A stretch of 7,606 bases of DNA from Paraspadella gotoi (lineage: Eukaryota > Animalia > Chaetognatha), in NCBI GenBank assembly GCA_051294375.1, contig JBJCIZ010000152.1, positions 1 through 7,606 of the forward strand. Reading direction: 5' to 3'. How positions within the stretch are numbered: position 1 is the first letter of the stretch; every line of letters starts with the position of its first letter. Below are positions 7,333-7,606 of this stretch, one piece after another. A program made the position numbers and the translations under genes. Below the pieces are notes generated by a model, which was not told the origin of the DNA, did not search any database, and worked only from the letters and a program-made list of their open reading frames with translations.

Positions 7333-7606
7333 TGTGGATAAAAGGCAGGTTGCCGAATTTAGTAATAAATGCTTACTAATGCTTATTGAGAAATAAGAAC
7401 AATTAGGATCAGATAAATTCATCAGAATTTATAATCAGATTAAAAACAAGGACACAGAGAAAAAGGTACCTCTTAGTCACAGGCTCAAGATCTAATGACT
7501 TATGCCAGCTTTTTTATTTACCTTGTTAACTTCTCTTCTTTAACAACGTTGTTCATATTATTTAATAGAGGCAGATAAGTAAAACAAAGATACTAGTATT
7601 AAGAAA
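7333..7606 (-). repeat. Inverted copy of the same family's LTR end, probably running off the window
   Basis: 7333-7372 is the exact 40/40 reverse complement of 1-40. There is a minus-strand AATAAA at 7513-7518, and no PBS follows the minus-strand CA (next bases ATATTGG). Only 40 bp can be verified; the extension to 7606 is inferred. Confidence 0.65.

Noticed and set aside
7542-7553. 12-bp perfect palindrome AACAACGTTGTT in the inverted LTR
   Set aside because: A single short palindrome with no independent evidence of function.

Overview
Eukaryotic (probably invertebrate) genomic DNA. Positions 1 to ~5600 hold an apparently intact Ty3/Gypsy LTR retrotransposon on the + strand. Its CHCC Gag zinc finger points to the CsRN1/Kabuki/Boudicca lineage. 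In order it has the end of a 5' LTR (..TCCACA at 40), a TGG PBS-like site, gag (610-1539), a -1 frameshift cassette (G GGA AAC at 1509-1515 plus stem-loop/pseudoknot), pol (PR-RT-RH-IN plus a duplicated Pro/Arg-rich tail, ending 5177), a 3' UTR and a G6 PPT at 5564-5569. No direct-repeat copy of the LTR end follows the PPT within the window. Instead there is ~1.7 kb of AT-rich composite repeats (18-bp minisatellite, GA microsatellites, Helentron/DINE-like units), then an exact inverted copy of positions 1-40 starting at 7333. The gag-pol junction also carries a second in-phase slippery heptamer and a second possible pseudoknot. All calls come from reading the sequence by eye; no searches were run.
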